Assembly (NCBI GenBank): GCA_965204925.1
Contig: OZ242021.1
Span: 652,000 to 715,999 of the forward strand
Origin: Candidatus Poriferihabitaceae bacterium
GTDB lineage: Bacteria > Pseudomonadota > Gammaproteobacteria > Arenicellales > Poriferihabitantaceae
DNA length: 64,000 bases
Direction: 5' to 3'
In this document: positions 1 through 11,197 of the stretch, piece by piece
Layout: every line of letters begins with the position of its first letter
How positions within the stretch are numbered: position 1 is the first letter of the stretch
The notes under the pieces: generated by a model
The model's input: the letters and a program-made list of their open reading frames with translations, nothing else
Databases searched by the model: none
Told to the model about the DNA's origin: nothing
Program-made: the position numbers and the translations under genes

Positions 1-965
<965 letters not shown>

Positions 966-1016
966 TTAGTGTTCAGTAATATCGCAAGGATAGCGTACCA
1001 GATAGCCGACCGACTC

Positions 1017-2375
1017 TCAATCACCGGTTGCAGAAAAACGCGGGCAAATGCCCTCTTCTCCGGTAATGGCGGCGAACCCGTCCGACACTCCGATACCCGG
1101 CGCCCAGGCGATCTCGTCATCAACAACCAGCATTGGCAGCCGGTCTCTTTCCCACGGTGGAACCCGACTGTACTGTAGCAATTTCTTCACGGAAGAACTG
1201 TGCGTTCGATTGGGCAGGCGTATACGCTCCCCGCCTTTTCGCCACACCCATTTCAACCGGGCGCCCCTGATCCTGGACAGGCCAAGTCCCCGGTTCAAGG
1301 CGGTTTCCGCCTGCACGCGGATATGACACTGCGCGATCTCGAGCCTGCACAGGTTCCAGGCGACTGAATCGGGCCGGTTTTTTGTAAACTCCCGGGTCAG
1401 GTACAGACGCGCGCGAAATTTGCGGATAACCTGTCGGCCAAGCGATAATTGCGGATGTTCCGCATGACCGCAAAGCTGGCGGTAAAACTCCGATAACTTC
1501 CTGTTTCCCGGTGAAACACAGCCCGACTCATGCAACCAGCTGCGAATCAGGCCGTTGAATGCAGACGGGGCCAGACTGATCAGACTGTCCACACGAAGAG
1601 GATCCGCCATACAGAAAATCCGCCTGGCGCCAGGGTCAACGCTCTGCCGGCGGAGCCGGTCAAAGGCCCCGGTTTCACGCCCGGCAATGTCACGGCACTG
1701 ATTTGCAGCCGTGTTCAGTCTCTCGATCAAGTCGGGGCAACGCCTGCGCAATGCCGGTATCAGATCGTGGCGCAGCAGATTTCTGTAGCGGGAAACGGAC
1801 TCATTCGAACGATCCTCTATCCAGTCCAGGTTGCGCCGCCGGGCATATTGACAAAGTCCCTGCCGGGTAAATCCCAACAGCGGCCGCACCAGACGGATCG
1901 GGGACCCGTATACAAGCGGACGATGAGGGGCAATACCGGCAAGCTGTGAAAGCCCCTTGCCCTGGAACAGGTTCATCAGAAACGTTTCGGCCTGATCGTT
2001 GGCGTGGTGAGCGGTCAAGACCACATCCCCTTGCCCGGCGATGCGGGACAACCACTGATAGCGTTCATTCCTTGCCCAGGCTTCAACATTTTTTTCCGCT
2101 CCGCAAGCGCCCGGCGACCGCTCTGCCAACGGCTGGCCGGCAACGAAATCAACGCCAAGAGCCGCCGCCCGGCGCCGACAGAGCTCAACCCAGTGAGCGG
2201 ATTCGGGTTGCAGCCGATGATTGAAATGTGCAGCCACTATTCCACATCCTGTCCCCCAAAGAGCGTCTGCCAGACTGTTCAGCAGTACCTGCGAATCGCA
2301 TCCACCGCTGTAAGCGACAATGAAACGGGTATCGCGCGGCAACGCGAAGCGCTGGAATAAAATAGCGGACAACAT
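1017..2375 (-). CDS. tilS: tRNA(Ile)-lysidine synthase
   Basis: PP-loop motif SGGCDS close to the N-terminus (MLSAILFQ...IVAYSGGCDSQVLL). The ATG at 2373-2375 gives 452 aa, a typical TilS length. The 500-aa track ORF extends 5' into accA and is probably over-extended. Sits in accA-tilS-pyrG synteny. Confidence 0.8.
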   Translation of the reverse strand: MLSAILFQRFALPRDTRFIVAYSGGCDSQVLLNSLADALWGTGCGIVAAHFNHRLQPESAHWVELCRRRAAALGVDFVAGQPLAERSPGACGAEKNVEAWARNERYQWLSRIAGQGDVVLTAHHANDQAETFLMNLFQGKGLSQLAGIAPHRPLVYGSPIRLVRPLLGFTRQGLCQYARRRNLDWIEDRSNESVSRYRNLLRHDLIPALRRRCPDLIERLNTAANQCRDIAGRETGAFDRLRRQSVDPGARRIFCMADPLRVDSLISLAPSAFNGLIRSWLHESGCVSPGNRKLSEFYRQLCGHAEHPQLSLGRQVIRKFRARLYLTREFTKNRPDSVAWNLCRLEIAQCHIRVQAETALNRGLGLSRIRGARLKWVWRKGGERIRLPNRTHSSSVKKLLQYSRVPPWERDRLPMLVVDDEIAWAPGIGVSDGFAAITGEEGICPRFSATGD

Positions 2376-2442
2376 TTGCGGACTGTAGGCGTCCCGCGAT
2401 ACCGCTTCGCGCCGCGCCGCGCCGCAGGCAGAGGACAGCGGG

Positions 2443-3405
2443 TTACTGCCTGATTGCGAATCTTCCAAAACCCATGAGTCGGTCATGGCGCAGCGCTTGT
2501 ACTGCCGGGGTCTGCACACCGGAAAAACTCTCCAGAGATGCCGCGAGACTCCGTTTCACGCTTTCGGCAACTTCCCGATAATTTCTGTGCGCCCCGCCCA
2601 GCGGTTCGTCAACAACCTCATCAACGAGACCGAGTCGCGACAACTCCGTTGTCGTCACGCCCATCGCTTCAGCGGCTTCCGCCGCCTTTTCGGCGCTCTT
2701 CCACAGTATCGAGGCACAGCCCTCCGGAGAAATGACCGAATAGGTTGAATACTGCAACATGATCAGCTTGTCGCATACGCCTATGGCGAGGGCGCCGCCG
2801 GAACCGCCCTCACCGATAACGACCGAAATGATCGGCGTGTCGAGGCTGACCATAGCCTCGATCGATCGGGCGATAGCCTCGCTTTGCCCCCTCTCTTCGG
2901 CGCCGATCCCCGGATAAGCGCCCGGAGTGTCTATCAATGTAACGACCGGCAGAGCGAACCGTTCTGCCAGCTTCATGACGCGCTGGGCCTTTCGATAACC
3001 TTCCGGGCGCGGCATACCGAAATTCCGCCGCGTGCGTTCGCGAGTATCCCGGCCTTTTTGATGCCCGATAATGGCCGCCCGCTTTCCGTCGATCAAACCC
3101 AGACCGCAGATAATCGAAGGGTCGTCCGCATACATGCGGTCGCCGTGCAATTCCTGAAAATCCTCAACGATCAGTTTGATGTAGTCAAGCGTATAGGGAC
3201 GTAACGGATGCCGCGCAAGCTGGGTGATCTGCCAGGCGCTCAGTTTGGAAAAAATGTCGCGGGTAAGCTGTGTACTTCGCGCTTCAAGACTGCGGATCTC
3301 CTGTTCGAGGTCCAGTCCGCCTTCGGCGCTGACACGCCTGAGTTCCAGGATTTTCTCTTGCAACTCGGCTACCGGTTTTTCGAATTCGAGATATTCCAGG
3401 CCCAT
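2443..3405 (-). CDS. accA: acetyl-CoA carboxylase carboxyltransferase subunit alpha
   Basis: 320 aa. The N-terminus [23 protein letters not shown] and the body are typical of AccA. ATG at 3403-3405. Confidence 0.9.
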   Translation of the reverse strand: MGLEYLEFEKPVAELQEKILELRRVSAEGGLDLEQEIRSLEARSTQLTRDIFSKLSAWQITQLARHPLRPYTLDYIKLIVEDFQELHGDRMYADDPSIICGLGLIDGKRAAIIGHQKGRDTRERTRRNFGMPRPEGYRKAQRVMKLAERFALPVVTLIDTPGAYPGIGAEERGQSEAIARSIEAMVSLDTPIISVVIGEGGSGGALAIGVCDKLIMLQYSTYSVISPEGCASILWKSAEKAAEAAEAMGVTTTELSRLGLVDEVVDEPLGGAHRNYREVAESVKRSLAASLESFSGVQTPAVQALRHDRLMGFGRFAIRQ

Positions 3406-3532
3406 TTTCAGGTTCCATAGCTGGGTTGCCGTTCAGCCGCCAATTCTAAACTATTTCCAGACAAGGTATACTGCACTCTTCCAATTCCGGTTTTTGTCCG
3501 GCAACGGACACACTGATAACGACGAGGCTGAT

Positions 3533-4000
3533 ATGGCGATTGAAGAAGGCATGCCCGCACCCGATTTCACACTGACTGACCAGCATAACCGGCCGGTTTC
3601 CCTGAAAGACTTTACAGGACGCGACGTCATCATTTACTTTTATCCGAAAGACGATACCCCGGGATGCACAAGGGAAGCGTGCGGATTCCGCGACATCTGG
3701 CCGCAAATCGAAAAAACCGGAGCGGTGGTCATTGGCGTATCGCCGGACGACGCCGGGTCGCACAGGAAATTCATCGACAAATACCGGCTTCCGCTGACGT
3801 TGCTCAGCGACCCGGGCAAATCCATGATGACCGAATATGAAGCTTACGGCGAAAAAATGATGTATGGGAAAAAAGTGACCGGCATTATCCGTTCCACAGT
3901 CTGGATCGGGCGCGACGGGAATGTCAGGAAGCGCTGGCGCAAGGTGCCGAAGGCGGCGGCCCATCCCGAAAAGGTATTACAGGCATTAACGCAACAGTAA
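3533..4000 (+). CDS. bcp: thioredoxin-dependent thiol peroxidase (Bcp-type peroxiredoxin)
   Basis: MAIEEGMPAPDFTLTDQ...YFYPKDDTPGCTREAC contains the Bcp PGCT and CxxxxC motif. The track ORF 3224..4000 carries a non-homologous 5' extension. The internal ATG at 3533 gives 155 aa. Confidence 0.85.
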   Translation: MAIEEGMPAPDFTLTDQHNRPVSLKDFTGRDVIIYFYPKDDTPGCTREACGFRDIWPQIEKTGAVVIGVSPDDAGSHRKFIDKYRLPLTLLSDPGKSMMTEYEAYGEKMMYGKKVTGIIRSTVWIGRDGNVRKRWRKVPKAAAHPEKVLQALTQQ

Positions 4001-4001
4001 T

Positions 4002-4039
4002 CGGGGCGGCAGTCTGTGTGTTTTTTCGCCGCTCCCCGG
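4002..4039 (+). terminator. possible stem-loop downstream of bcp
   Basis: cggggcggc...gccgctccccg imperfect inverted repeat immediately after the bcp stop codon. The T-run lies in the loop rather than after the stem, so this is weak. Confidence 0.3.
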
Positions 4040-4066
4040 AAGCCCTGAAAATCCGCGGTAACCGGC

Positions 4067-4849
4067 ATGTCGTCACAGGATCGTATCAAACCCCTGTTCG
4101 CGCTGAACGGAAAAGTCGCCCTCGTTACCGGCGCCAGCAAAGGTATCGGTGAAGCCATCGCACGCGGGTTGGCTGAATTTGGCGCGAGGGTCGTGGTCAG
4201 CAGCCGTAACCGGGCGGCGGCAGGGCGGGTCGCAGCCGCGTTTCAGGCGGATGGACTCGATGCGGTCGCCATGGCCGCCAATATCGGGAATCTCCGCGAT
4301 ATAAACCGGCTGGTGGAAGCAACGCTGGAAAGCCGCGGAGGAATCGATATTGTTGTCAACAACGCCGCCGCCAATCCGGTATTCGGCCCGATCCATGAAA
4401 CGGATGAACGCGCATTCGACAAGATTATCGACGTCAACCTGAAAGGGCCTTTTGAACTTTGCAAACGGGTGCGCCCTGTCATGAGGGAACGCGGAGGCGG
4501 CTCAATGATCAATATCAGTTCAATCGGCGGGCTCACTCCTGAACGGTTTATCGGCATTTACAGTGTCAGCAAAGCCGCCGTCAACAACCTGACACAGGCC
4601 ATGGCCCAGGACTGGGGAAAAGACAATATCCGCGTCAACGCCATATGCCCGGGATTGATAAAGACCCGCTTCAGCGAGGCGCTCTGGCGCAATGACGCCA
4701 TTTTGCAACGTTTTGTCGACCACATTCCCCTCGGCAGGGTTGGACAAGCTGGCGATATTGCGGGACTTGCCGTGTTTCTGGCATCGGATGCGAGCGCCTA
4801 CTGCACCGGAGGTATTTACACGGTGGACGGCGGCTATTGTGCGGTCTGA
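4067..4849 (+). CDS. short-chain dehydrogenase/reductase (SDR) family oxidoreductase
   Basis: 260 aa with the TGASKGIG cofactor motif, NNAA and a YSVSK (YxxxK) catalytic motif. Confidence 0.8.
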   Translation: MSSQDRIKPLFALNGKVALVTGASKGIGEAIARGLAEFGARVVVSSRNRAAAGRVAAAFQADGLDAVAMAANIGNLRDINRLVEATLESRGGIDIVVNNAAANPVFGPIHETDERAFDKIIDVNLKGPFELCKRVRPVMRERGGGSMINISSIGGLTPERFIGIYSVSKAAVNNLTQAMAQDWGKDNIRVNAICPGLIKTRFSEALWRNDAILQRFVDHIPLGRVGQAGDIAGLAVFLASDASAYCTGGIYTVDGGYCAV

Positions 4850-6585
4850 ACGTTGTTGCGGGTAATTTCGAGAAGGTACATAACCATCGTGTGCTCGTTT
4901 TCAGAGTACTTGAAATGATAGGCGTCGGAAAGATTTTCCACCGCATAAATCTGTTCCAGGTTATCGTTGAACAACGGGTTGAACGGATACAGATTGAAAT
5001 CAACAACGCGGAATTTGTACCCGTTTTTCTGTAACAGATCGCGGGTGCGTTTGGCTCCGAGCATGGAAACCTGCATGAGGTAAGCCGTGCCGTCCACATT
5101 CAGGTAGCTGCTCAGATTCTTGATAAAATGATCGAGCAGGTTGCGCCCCCAATAGTCGATGTCGCGATATCCCCGGCTCTGCCCTTTTGGATGGGTCGGC
5201 ATCTGATACAGGCTGGCCACGATCACATCGAACTTTTCCTCCGGCAGAAAGGAATACAAATCTGCGGCGATTCCGGTCATGCGCCCGGCAACGCCATTAC
5301 GGAAGGCATTGGTTAATGTGTTGTTGACAGCCTCGGGCAAAATATCGAAAGCGGTCACATTTCGCGCCCCGTTGAGCGCCAACTGTATGGCCAGTATGCC
5401 GACCCCGCAGCCGACATCAAGACAGTTCCTGTCAGCGCCTGTAGCGTGGTTAAACAGATATTTCCAGATCAGGTAACTGCCCTGGGTGGGCACGAATACC
5501 CCGCTGTCAACAACGATTTTCGGCAAGGGCAGTGGATACAATTCGCGGCCGAGCGCATCCACCCAGCCAAACCCGTCCGGCATACGGGGCATACCCGAAA
5601 GCGCCGGCTCCTCTTCCCTGATCTTCCTGCGCTCGCGTCCGCGCGGCGCCCCTTTCATCGCTTGCGCCACAGCGGCTATCTCGGCGGGTCCGACACCACA
5701 GCAGCCCCCGATGATCTGCGCTCCTTCTGCCCGCCACGTCAGGGCTTTGGCGGCAAAATCATGCGGCGCCATCGACTCGTCGAATTTCCAGCCGGAATTG
5801 ACGAATCTGCCGACGTTGGGGTACACGCCCAGAGGCAACGTTGTAAAATCCCTCAACCACGACAACGTTCCGTCCACCCGGTTGATCGGCAGACAGTTGA
5901 TCAACAAAGCCCCGACTCCTATTTTCTCGAACATCCGCGCCAGACGGCCGAAACGGTCGCCCTCGGGTCCTCCCCAAAGCTGACCGTGTATACCGCAAAC
6001 CCCCTTGCGGCACCGTCTGAATGAAACCCAGACCGGAAAACCGGAATCGATCAGCGCCCCGATGGCATCGAAGGTCAGGTTGTCCTCAATAAGAGACAGG
6101 GTTTCAAAGAGGATGAGGTCGGGAGGACAGTCGCGGAATATGCGCAGCAGGAATTCCATCGTATCCTTCTGCTCGTTATTTTCGATCTCCCCGCCAATGC
6201 TGAACGCGACCACCGCATTATGCTCCCGATTCCGCTCGGCGATTGCCTGTCTCGGCAATTCGATTGCGGTGCGCGCCAGATCCATCCAGTGAATCGGGTT
6301 CGGAACATGAATATCGTAATCGGCGGAATAGGAAGGCGCGTCCAGGATCGTGTAGGTATCGGTCGTCAGTATGTGCGCCCCGGCATCCAGATATTGCCTG
6401 TGCACATCAAGAACTGCCTGCGGCGCTACGTGCAGCGCGTCAAACCCCCAGTGAATATCCTCCTTCAAACCCCATCCCCGGATGCCCGGGCGCTGCAACT
6501 CCGTAGCAACGGCGCCGTCCAGTATGACACATTGATCGTTGTCGACAAGTTCTTCGATATGGCCGTATCCCGCAGGATTTTTCAT
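4834..6585 (-). CDS. fusion protein: N-terminal homocysteine S-methyltransferase (Hcy-binding) domain plus C-terminal class I SAM-dependent methyltransferase domain
   Basis: One uninterrupted ORF. The N-terminal half has Hcy-MTase hallmarks (ILDGAVATEL, LINCLP, IIGGCCGVGP zinc-ligand cysteines). The C-terminal ~200 aa has SAM motif I LDVGCGVGILA and an HemK/MTS-like layout (VFVPTQGS...). Start chosen at the ATG at 6583-6585 (MKNPAGYGHIEEL). The track ORF extends to a TTG at 6690. Confidence 0.7.
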   Translation of the reverse strand: MKNPAGYGHIEELVDNDQCVILDGAVATELQRPGIRGWGLKEDIHWGFDALHVAPQAVLDVHRQYLDAGAHILTTDTYTILDAPSYSADYDIHVPNPIHWMDLARTAIELPRQAIAERNREHNAVVAFSIGGEIENNEQKDTMEFLLRIFRDCPPDLILFETLSLIEDNLTFDAIGALIDSGFPVWVSFRRCRKGVCGIHGQLWGGPEGDRFGRLARMFEKIGVGALLINCLPINRVDGTLSWLRDFTTLPLGVYPNVGRFVNSGWKFDESMAPHDFAAKALTWRAEGAQIIGGCCGVGPAEIAAVAQAMKGAPRGRERRKIREEEPALSGMPRMPDGFGWVDALGRELYPLPLPKIVVDSGVFVPTQGSYLIWKYLFNHATGADRNCLDVGCGVGILAIQLALNGARNVTAFDILPEAVNNTLTNAFRNGVAGRMTGIAADLYSFLPEEKFDVIVASLYQMPTHPKGQSRGYRDIDYWGRNLLDHFIKNLSSYLNVDGTAYLMQVSMLGAKRTRDLLQKNGYKFRVVDFNLYPFNPLFNDNLEQIYAVENLSDAYHFKYSENEHTMVMYLLEITRNNVQTAQ

Positions 6586-6717
6586 GATCGAGTCTGCGTT
6601 GCGGCAATCATTGACCACGCCCGATACATAGAACCCGGCCTTTGCGCCGCGGCTGCCAGCGAGCGCTGGACAATCCGCCATCGCCCGCAAAAGGAGCGTC
6701 GGGGCACGGCAACCTGC

Positions 6718-7092
<375 letters not shown>

Positions 7093-7221
7093 TTATACCA
7101 TGTCGGTCTCATGTTACGGTCAAACACCCGGATTCAGCCATGCAACTGCGGGGTAACCTGTGCGCATTGTTGATAACGCCCCAAAGAGGCGAGTATAGCG
7201 CGGCAATTATAACTGACTGCA

Positions 7222-8802
7222 TCATACCTCTCTTGTGGCGCGGAATCTGACATCGGGCCAGCGCTCGGTCACGAGTTGCAGGTTGGCCCGGTTCGGGGCG
7301 ATATAGACCAGTGTTTTTTGCCCGTCCAGGGCCAGGTTATGCTCGTTGCGACGCATGAATTCGGCTTCATCGGCAGAATTTGTAAATTCGACCCAGCGCA
7401 CAGTGGATACGGGCACGGCTTCAAACAGACAATCGACGCCGTATTCTGTTCTGAGGCGGTGAGCGACGACATCGAACTGCAAAATCCCTACCGCGCCAAG
7501 AATGAGGTGGTTGTTCGTCAACGGTTGAAATATCTGGGTAGCGCCTTCTTCATTAAGCTGGATCAGTCCTTTCTGTAACGCCTTGGCGCGCAACGGGTCG
7601 CGCAGGCGGACTCTCCTGAACAATTCGGGAGCAAAATTCGGAATTCCGGTAAATTCAAGCGTTTCTCCCTCGCTGAAAGTATCCCCGATGCGGATGCTGC
7701 CGTGATTGTGCAAGCCGAGTATATCCCCGGCAAAAGCGCTTTCTGTATGTCCTCGTCTGGCCGCCATAAAAGTGTGGGCGTTCTGCACAACCAGCGTCCT
7801 TTGCGCTCGCACATGGCGAATTTTCATGCCTTTCCGGAATTCCCCGGAAGTGATGCGTAAAAAAGCGACGCGGTCATGGTGCGCCGGGTCCATATTGGCC
7901 TGTATCTTGAAAACAAAGCCGCTGAATTTTTCTTCCCCGGCCTGAACCACGCGGGTTTCAGCCGCCCGTGGCCGCGGAGCAGGCGCGTGTTCGACAAAAT
8001 TATCGATCCATTCATGCGTGCCCTGACCGTTCAGCGCGGAACCGAAAAACACTGGAGTGAGTTCCCCGCAACGATAGGCAGCCCGATCGAATTTGTGGCT
8101 GGCCCCCCGGAGCAGTTCCACTTCTTCGCGCAGCGTTTCAGCCAGATCGTCCGCTTTTTCAGCGAGTTCGGGATCATTCAGCCCCTCAATGAACCGATCC
8201 CGTTGCAGTCCCCCGCGCCCCTTGAACAGGTGCACCACATCGTCATACAGACGGTAAACCCCGACGAACCGCCTGCCGGCGCCAACCGGCCAGGTCATCG
8301 GCGCACACCTGATTTTCAGAACCCGTTCAATCTCATCCATGACATCAACCGGATCAAGCCCCTCGCGGTCCATTTTATTGACGAAGGTCATGATTGGCGT
8401 ATCGCGCAGGCGGCAGACCTCCATGAGCTTGACCGTCCGTTCTTCCACCCCTCTGGCAATATCGATCACCATGAGCGCCGAATCCACCGCAGTCAGGGTG
8501 CGATAGGTATCTTCGGAAAAATCCGCATGGCCGGGAGTATCGAGCAAATTTACGATGCGCCCCTTGTAGGGGAACTGCATGACGGAAGCGGTCACCGATA
8601 TGCCTCTCTGCTTCTCCAGCTCCATCCAGTCCGACGTGGCATAGCGATTGCTCTTGCGCGCCTTGACCGTACCGGCCAGCTGAATCGCCCCTCCATATTG
8701 CAACAAACGTTCGGTCAGTGTCGTCTTGCCGGCATCGGGATGCGATATGATTGCGAATGTCCTGCGCCTGGCAATTTGCCCGGCAAGATTTTCATGGCTC
8801 AT
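7222..8802 (-). CDS. prfC: peptide chain release factor 3
   Basis: [19 protein letters not shown] (G1), DTPGHADF (G3), NKMD (G4). 526 aa from the ATG at 8800-8802. Confidence 0.9.
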   Translation of the reverse strand: MSHENLAGQIARRRTFAIISHPDAGKTTLTERLLQYGGAIQLAGTVKARKSNRYATSDWMELEKQRGISVTASVMQFPYKGRIVNLLDTPGHADFSEDTYRTLTAVDSALMVIDIARGVEERTVKLMEVCRLRDTPIMTFVNKMDREGLDPVDVMDEIERVLKIRCAPMTWPVGAGRRFVGVYRLYDDVVHLFKGRGGLQRDRFIEGLNDPELAEKADDLAETLREEVELLRGASHKFDRAAYRCGELTPVFFGSALNGQGTHEWIDNFVEHAPAPRPRAAETRVVQAGEEKFSGFVFKIQANMDPAHHDRVAFLRITSGEFRKGMKIRHVRAQRTLVVQNAHTFMAARRGHTESAFAGDILGLHNHGSIRIGDTFSEGETLEFTGIPNFAPELFRRVRLRDPLRAKALQKGLIQLNEEGATQIFQPLTNNHLILGAVGILQFDVVAHRLRTEYGVDCLFEAVPVSTVRWVEFTNSADEAEFMRRNEHNLALDGQKTLVYIAPNRANLQLVTERWPDVRFRATREV

Positions 8803-8857
8803 GTCCTGGCTCCCGACACCGCGCGCCCGGCATGGTTGCAAAGAACCCGATTCGCGA

Positions 8858-9637
8858 TCATTTTTTCAGGCAAATGGCGCTCACCTGGCGCCCATAGCGC
8901 TTTTCTCCTCTGTGACATGCGCGGCGGTAACTGAAAAACTGCCGCTCATTGCTACAGGTATCCTCACACCTCCGATCAATGTGCATGATTCCCGCCTTTT
9001 CCAGTCTCTTTTCGATGTATAAAGGCAGATCGAACATTCGTTTGTGATCGACCGCGGCCGCCTTGAAACAGTCCTCGTACCCGCTGCCCGACCGCGCCAG
9101 CGCCTGATCCTCGAACCCGATATCGACTTCACAGGAGCGCGACTGAATGGCAGGACCGATCACGGCACGGATATTTCCGGGTGTGGCGCCGAGTCTGCCC
9201 ATTGCGGCGACAACCTGATCGGTGATGCCGCCGATCGCCCCTTTCCACCCGGCATGGGCCGCTCCGACAATCCGGTTTTGCGGATCGAAAAACAGGACCG
9301 GAGCGCAATCCGCCGCCAATACACCGAGCGCCACGCCCCGCTCGCGAGTAACCATCCCGTCCCCCTGCAACATAGCGCGCGTATGCGCCCCGCCGCCGAT
9401 CTGATGAACCACAGCGCCATGAACCTGCCGGAGACTGACCATGCGCTCGCAGTGCAGCGCAGCGACCACCCTGGCGCGGTTTTCCAGCACATGCCGCCGC
9501 CGATCGCCCGAGTACTGCCCGCAATTCAGGGAGTCGAATTGCCCTTGCGACACCCCGCCCTGGCGGGTGAAAAAACCATGACTGATTTGCGGATGGCGCT
9601 CAAGCAACGGGCTTTGCAAGAAAGGCAACGAGATCAT
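8858..9637 (-). CDS. pgeF: YfiH/PgeF family (DUF152) purine nucleoside phosphorylase / peptidoglycan editing factor
   Basis: Recalled family-level similarity to YfiH (...[11 protein letters not shown]...LRQVHG...DCAPVLF...AHAGWKG...). Start chosen at the ATG at 9635-9637. Confidence 0.75.
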   Translation of the reverse strand: MISLPFLQSPLLERHPQISHGFFTRQGGVSQGQFDSLNCGQYSGDRRRHVLENRARVVAALHCERMVSLRQVHGAVVHQIGGGAHTRAMLQGDGMVTRERGVALGVLAADCAPVLFFDPQNRIVGAAHAGWKGAIGGITDQVVAAMGRLGATPGNIRAVIGPAIQSRSCEVDIGFEDQALARSGSGYEDCFKAAAVDHKRMFDLPLYIEKRLEKAGIMHIDRRCEDTCSNERQFFSYRRACHRGEKRYGRQVSAICLKK

Positions 9638-9733
9638 AAGGCAAATCTGCGAACAAAACCATAGCGAATTGATTGCCGGTTGGTAGCTTGCCCGGCCGCG
9701 GTCATATATAATCGCTCCAGACACGCCCGAGCC

Positions 9734-9821
9734 GGAGAGTTGGCAGAGCGGTCGAATGCGGCGGTCTTGAAAACCGTTGACTGTAACAGGTCCGGGGGTT
9801 CGAATCCCTCACTCTCCGCCA
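9734..9821 (+). tRNA. tRNA-Ser (anticodon UGA), class II with long variable arm, CCA encoded
   Basis: Hand-folded. Acceptor GGAGAGT/ACTCTCC, 3-bp D stem, anticodon stem GCGGT/ACCGT with loop CTTGAAA (anticodon TGA). Long variable arm GACTG-TAA-CAGGTC, T arm GGGGG-TTCGAAT-CCCTC, discriminator G, CCA. Confidence 0.9.
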
Positions 9822-9845
9822 CATCCATATTCTTGCCGCCGCCGG

Positions 9846-11024
9846 TCAGGGAATCCTGATTCCCGCTCGTGTCTCTGCAAGCAACCCGTCGACTACGCGG
9901 AGCAATGCTTCCTCATGAGTGTCTCCTTCGAGGCGGCGCAGACTGTAGAGGTCCAACTGGCGGTCTGCGCTGGAACCCTCGCGGATGATCGTCATTGCGC
10001 GGCGCATCTCGGGCTCGCACCCAAGCGCCCGCGCATCACAAGCCAGCTCCTCGACAAGCCCGCCCAGATAGTCCTGGATATCGATTCTGGCGCCCGTTCC
10101 ACTGCGGTCCCCGAAAAAGGAAAACACGCCATAGCGCTGTGCAATCCAGCGGTCCTGCGAGATCAGCTCGGTCAAAGGCTCGGCAGGCAAGTCGCCAGCC
10201 CTGTCGCGGCGTACCAGCCACCGGATCAGGGAGGCATAGAGCGCGGCCACGCTCACCGCATCCTCCAACCGCGTACAGACATCGCAAATGCGCATCTCCA
10301 CCGTCGGATAAGCGTGCGAGGGGCGGATATCCCACCACAATTCGCTGCCATTCGTGATGTACTTGCAACGCTGAAACTCGGCAAGCAGGCGGTTATATTC
10401 CGCCGCCGAATGAAACGGAGAGGGCATACCGGTGCGCGGCAGGCCGCCGAAGATGGTCAGCCTCCAGGATTTGTACCCGGTGCCGCGCCCGTCGCTGAAC
10501 GGCGAAGATGTGGACAAGGCATGCAGCAACGGCAGATACTGCCGGATCGCCGTCATCACCCGAACGCGCGTGTCCATATCGGCGAACCCGGCATGGACGT
10601 GCATACCGCCAGCCAGGAAGCGGCGCAGATTGTCCTGGTGCATGGCTATAAATTTTTCATAGCGCTCCCTCGCTGTAGTTATCTGCGCCTGCCAGCGCGC
10701 AAACGGATGGGTGGAGGCAGCCATGACCACCGCCCCGTAGCGCTCGGCCGCCGAGATGACGATGCGCCGGGTTTCGATCAACGCCTCGCGCAACTCGGCG
10801 ACAGAAGCGCACACTCGGGTATTGATTTCGATCTGGGAGCGCAACAGCTCGCGCACGATCTTGTGCGCTCCGCGTGTCTTTTCGCACATTTCGAAGATTC
10901 GCGGATCGGGATCAACGAGAAGACCACGGGTTTTCGGGTCGACGAGGAAGCACTCTTCCTCGACTCCGAGTGTGATCTTCAGGTCATCAGGATGCGCCGT
11001 CGTCGCGGAGCCAGGCGGATTCAT
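9846..11024 (-). CDS. carboxylate-amine ligase, YbdK / glutamate-cysteine ligase family 2
   Basis: N-terminal LGVEEECFLVD and overall layout are typical of the GCS2/YbdK family. ATG at 11022-11024 is preceded by GGGAGGA. Confidence 0.75.
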   Translation of the reverse strand: MNPPGSATTAHPDDLKITLGVEEECFLVDPKTRGLLVDPDPRIFEMCEKTRGAHKIVRELLRSQIEINTRVCASVAELREALIETRRIVISAAERYGAVVMAASTHPFARWQAQITTARERYEKFIAMHQDNLRRFLAGGMHVHAGFADMDTRVRVMTAIRQYLPLLHALSTSSPFSDGRGTGYKSWRLTIFGGLPRTGMPSPFHSAAEYNRLLAEFQRCKYITNGSELWWDIRPSHAYPTVEMRICDVCTRLEDAVSVAALYASLIRWLVRRDRAGDLPAEPLTELISQDRWIAQRYGVFSFFGDRSGTGARIDIQDYLGGLVEELACDARALGCEPEMRRAMTIIREGSSADRQLDLYSLRRLEGDTHEEALLRVVDGLLAETRAGIRIP

Positions 11025-11197
11025 ATCTGTCCTCCCTCTATTCAATTCACTTCATTTTACAACAAATCCATACTCCACCGGGTAACGGGCGCGGACCGTC
11101 CGATTGCATCAGGGGCGGCCGCGGCTCACTATATTCCATGGCCCCGCGTTGTCTCGCCGAAACGTCGCGCCTTGAGAAATCCTCATCGCCGCTGCCT

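Noticed and set aside
3224-3532. 5' extension of the bcp ORF (258-aa track ORF)
   Set aside because: The extension is Ser/Arg-rich, overlaps accA on the opposite strand, and has no peroxiredoxin homology. The internal ATG at 3533 gives a normal-length Bcp.
7876-8934. 352-aa + strand ORF
   Set aside because: It is antisense to prfC, whose GTPase motifs are unambiguous. The product is Arg/Pro/Gly-rich and low-complexity, typical of a shadow ORF in GC-rich DNA.
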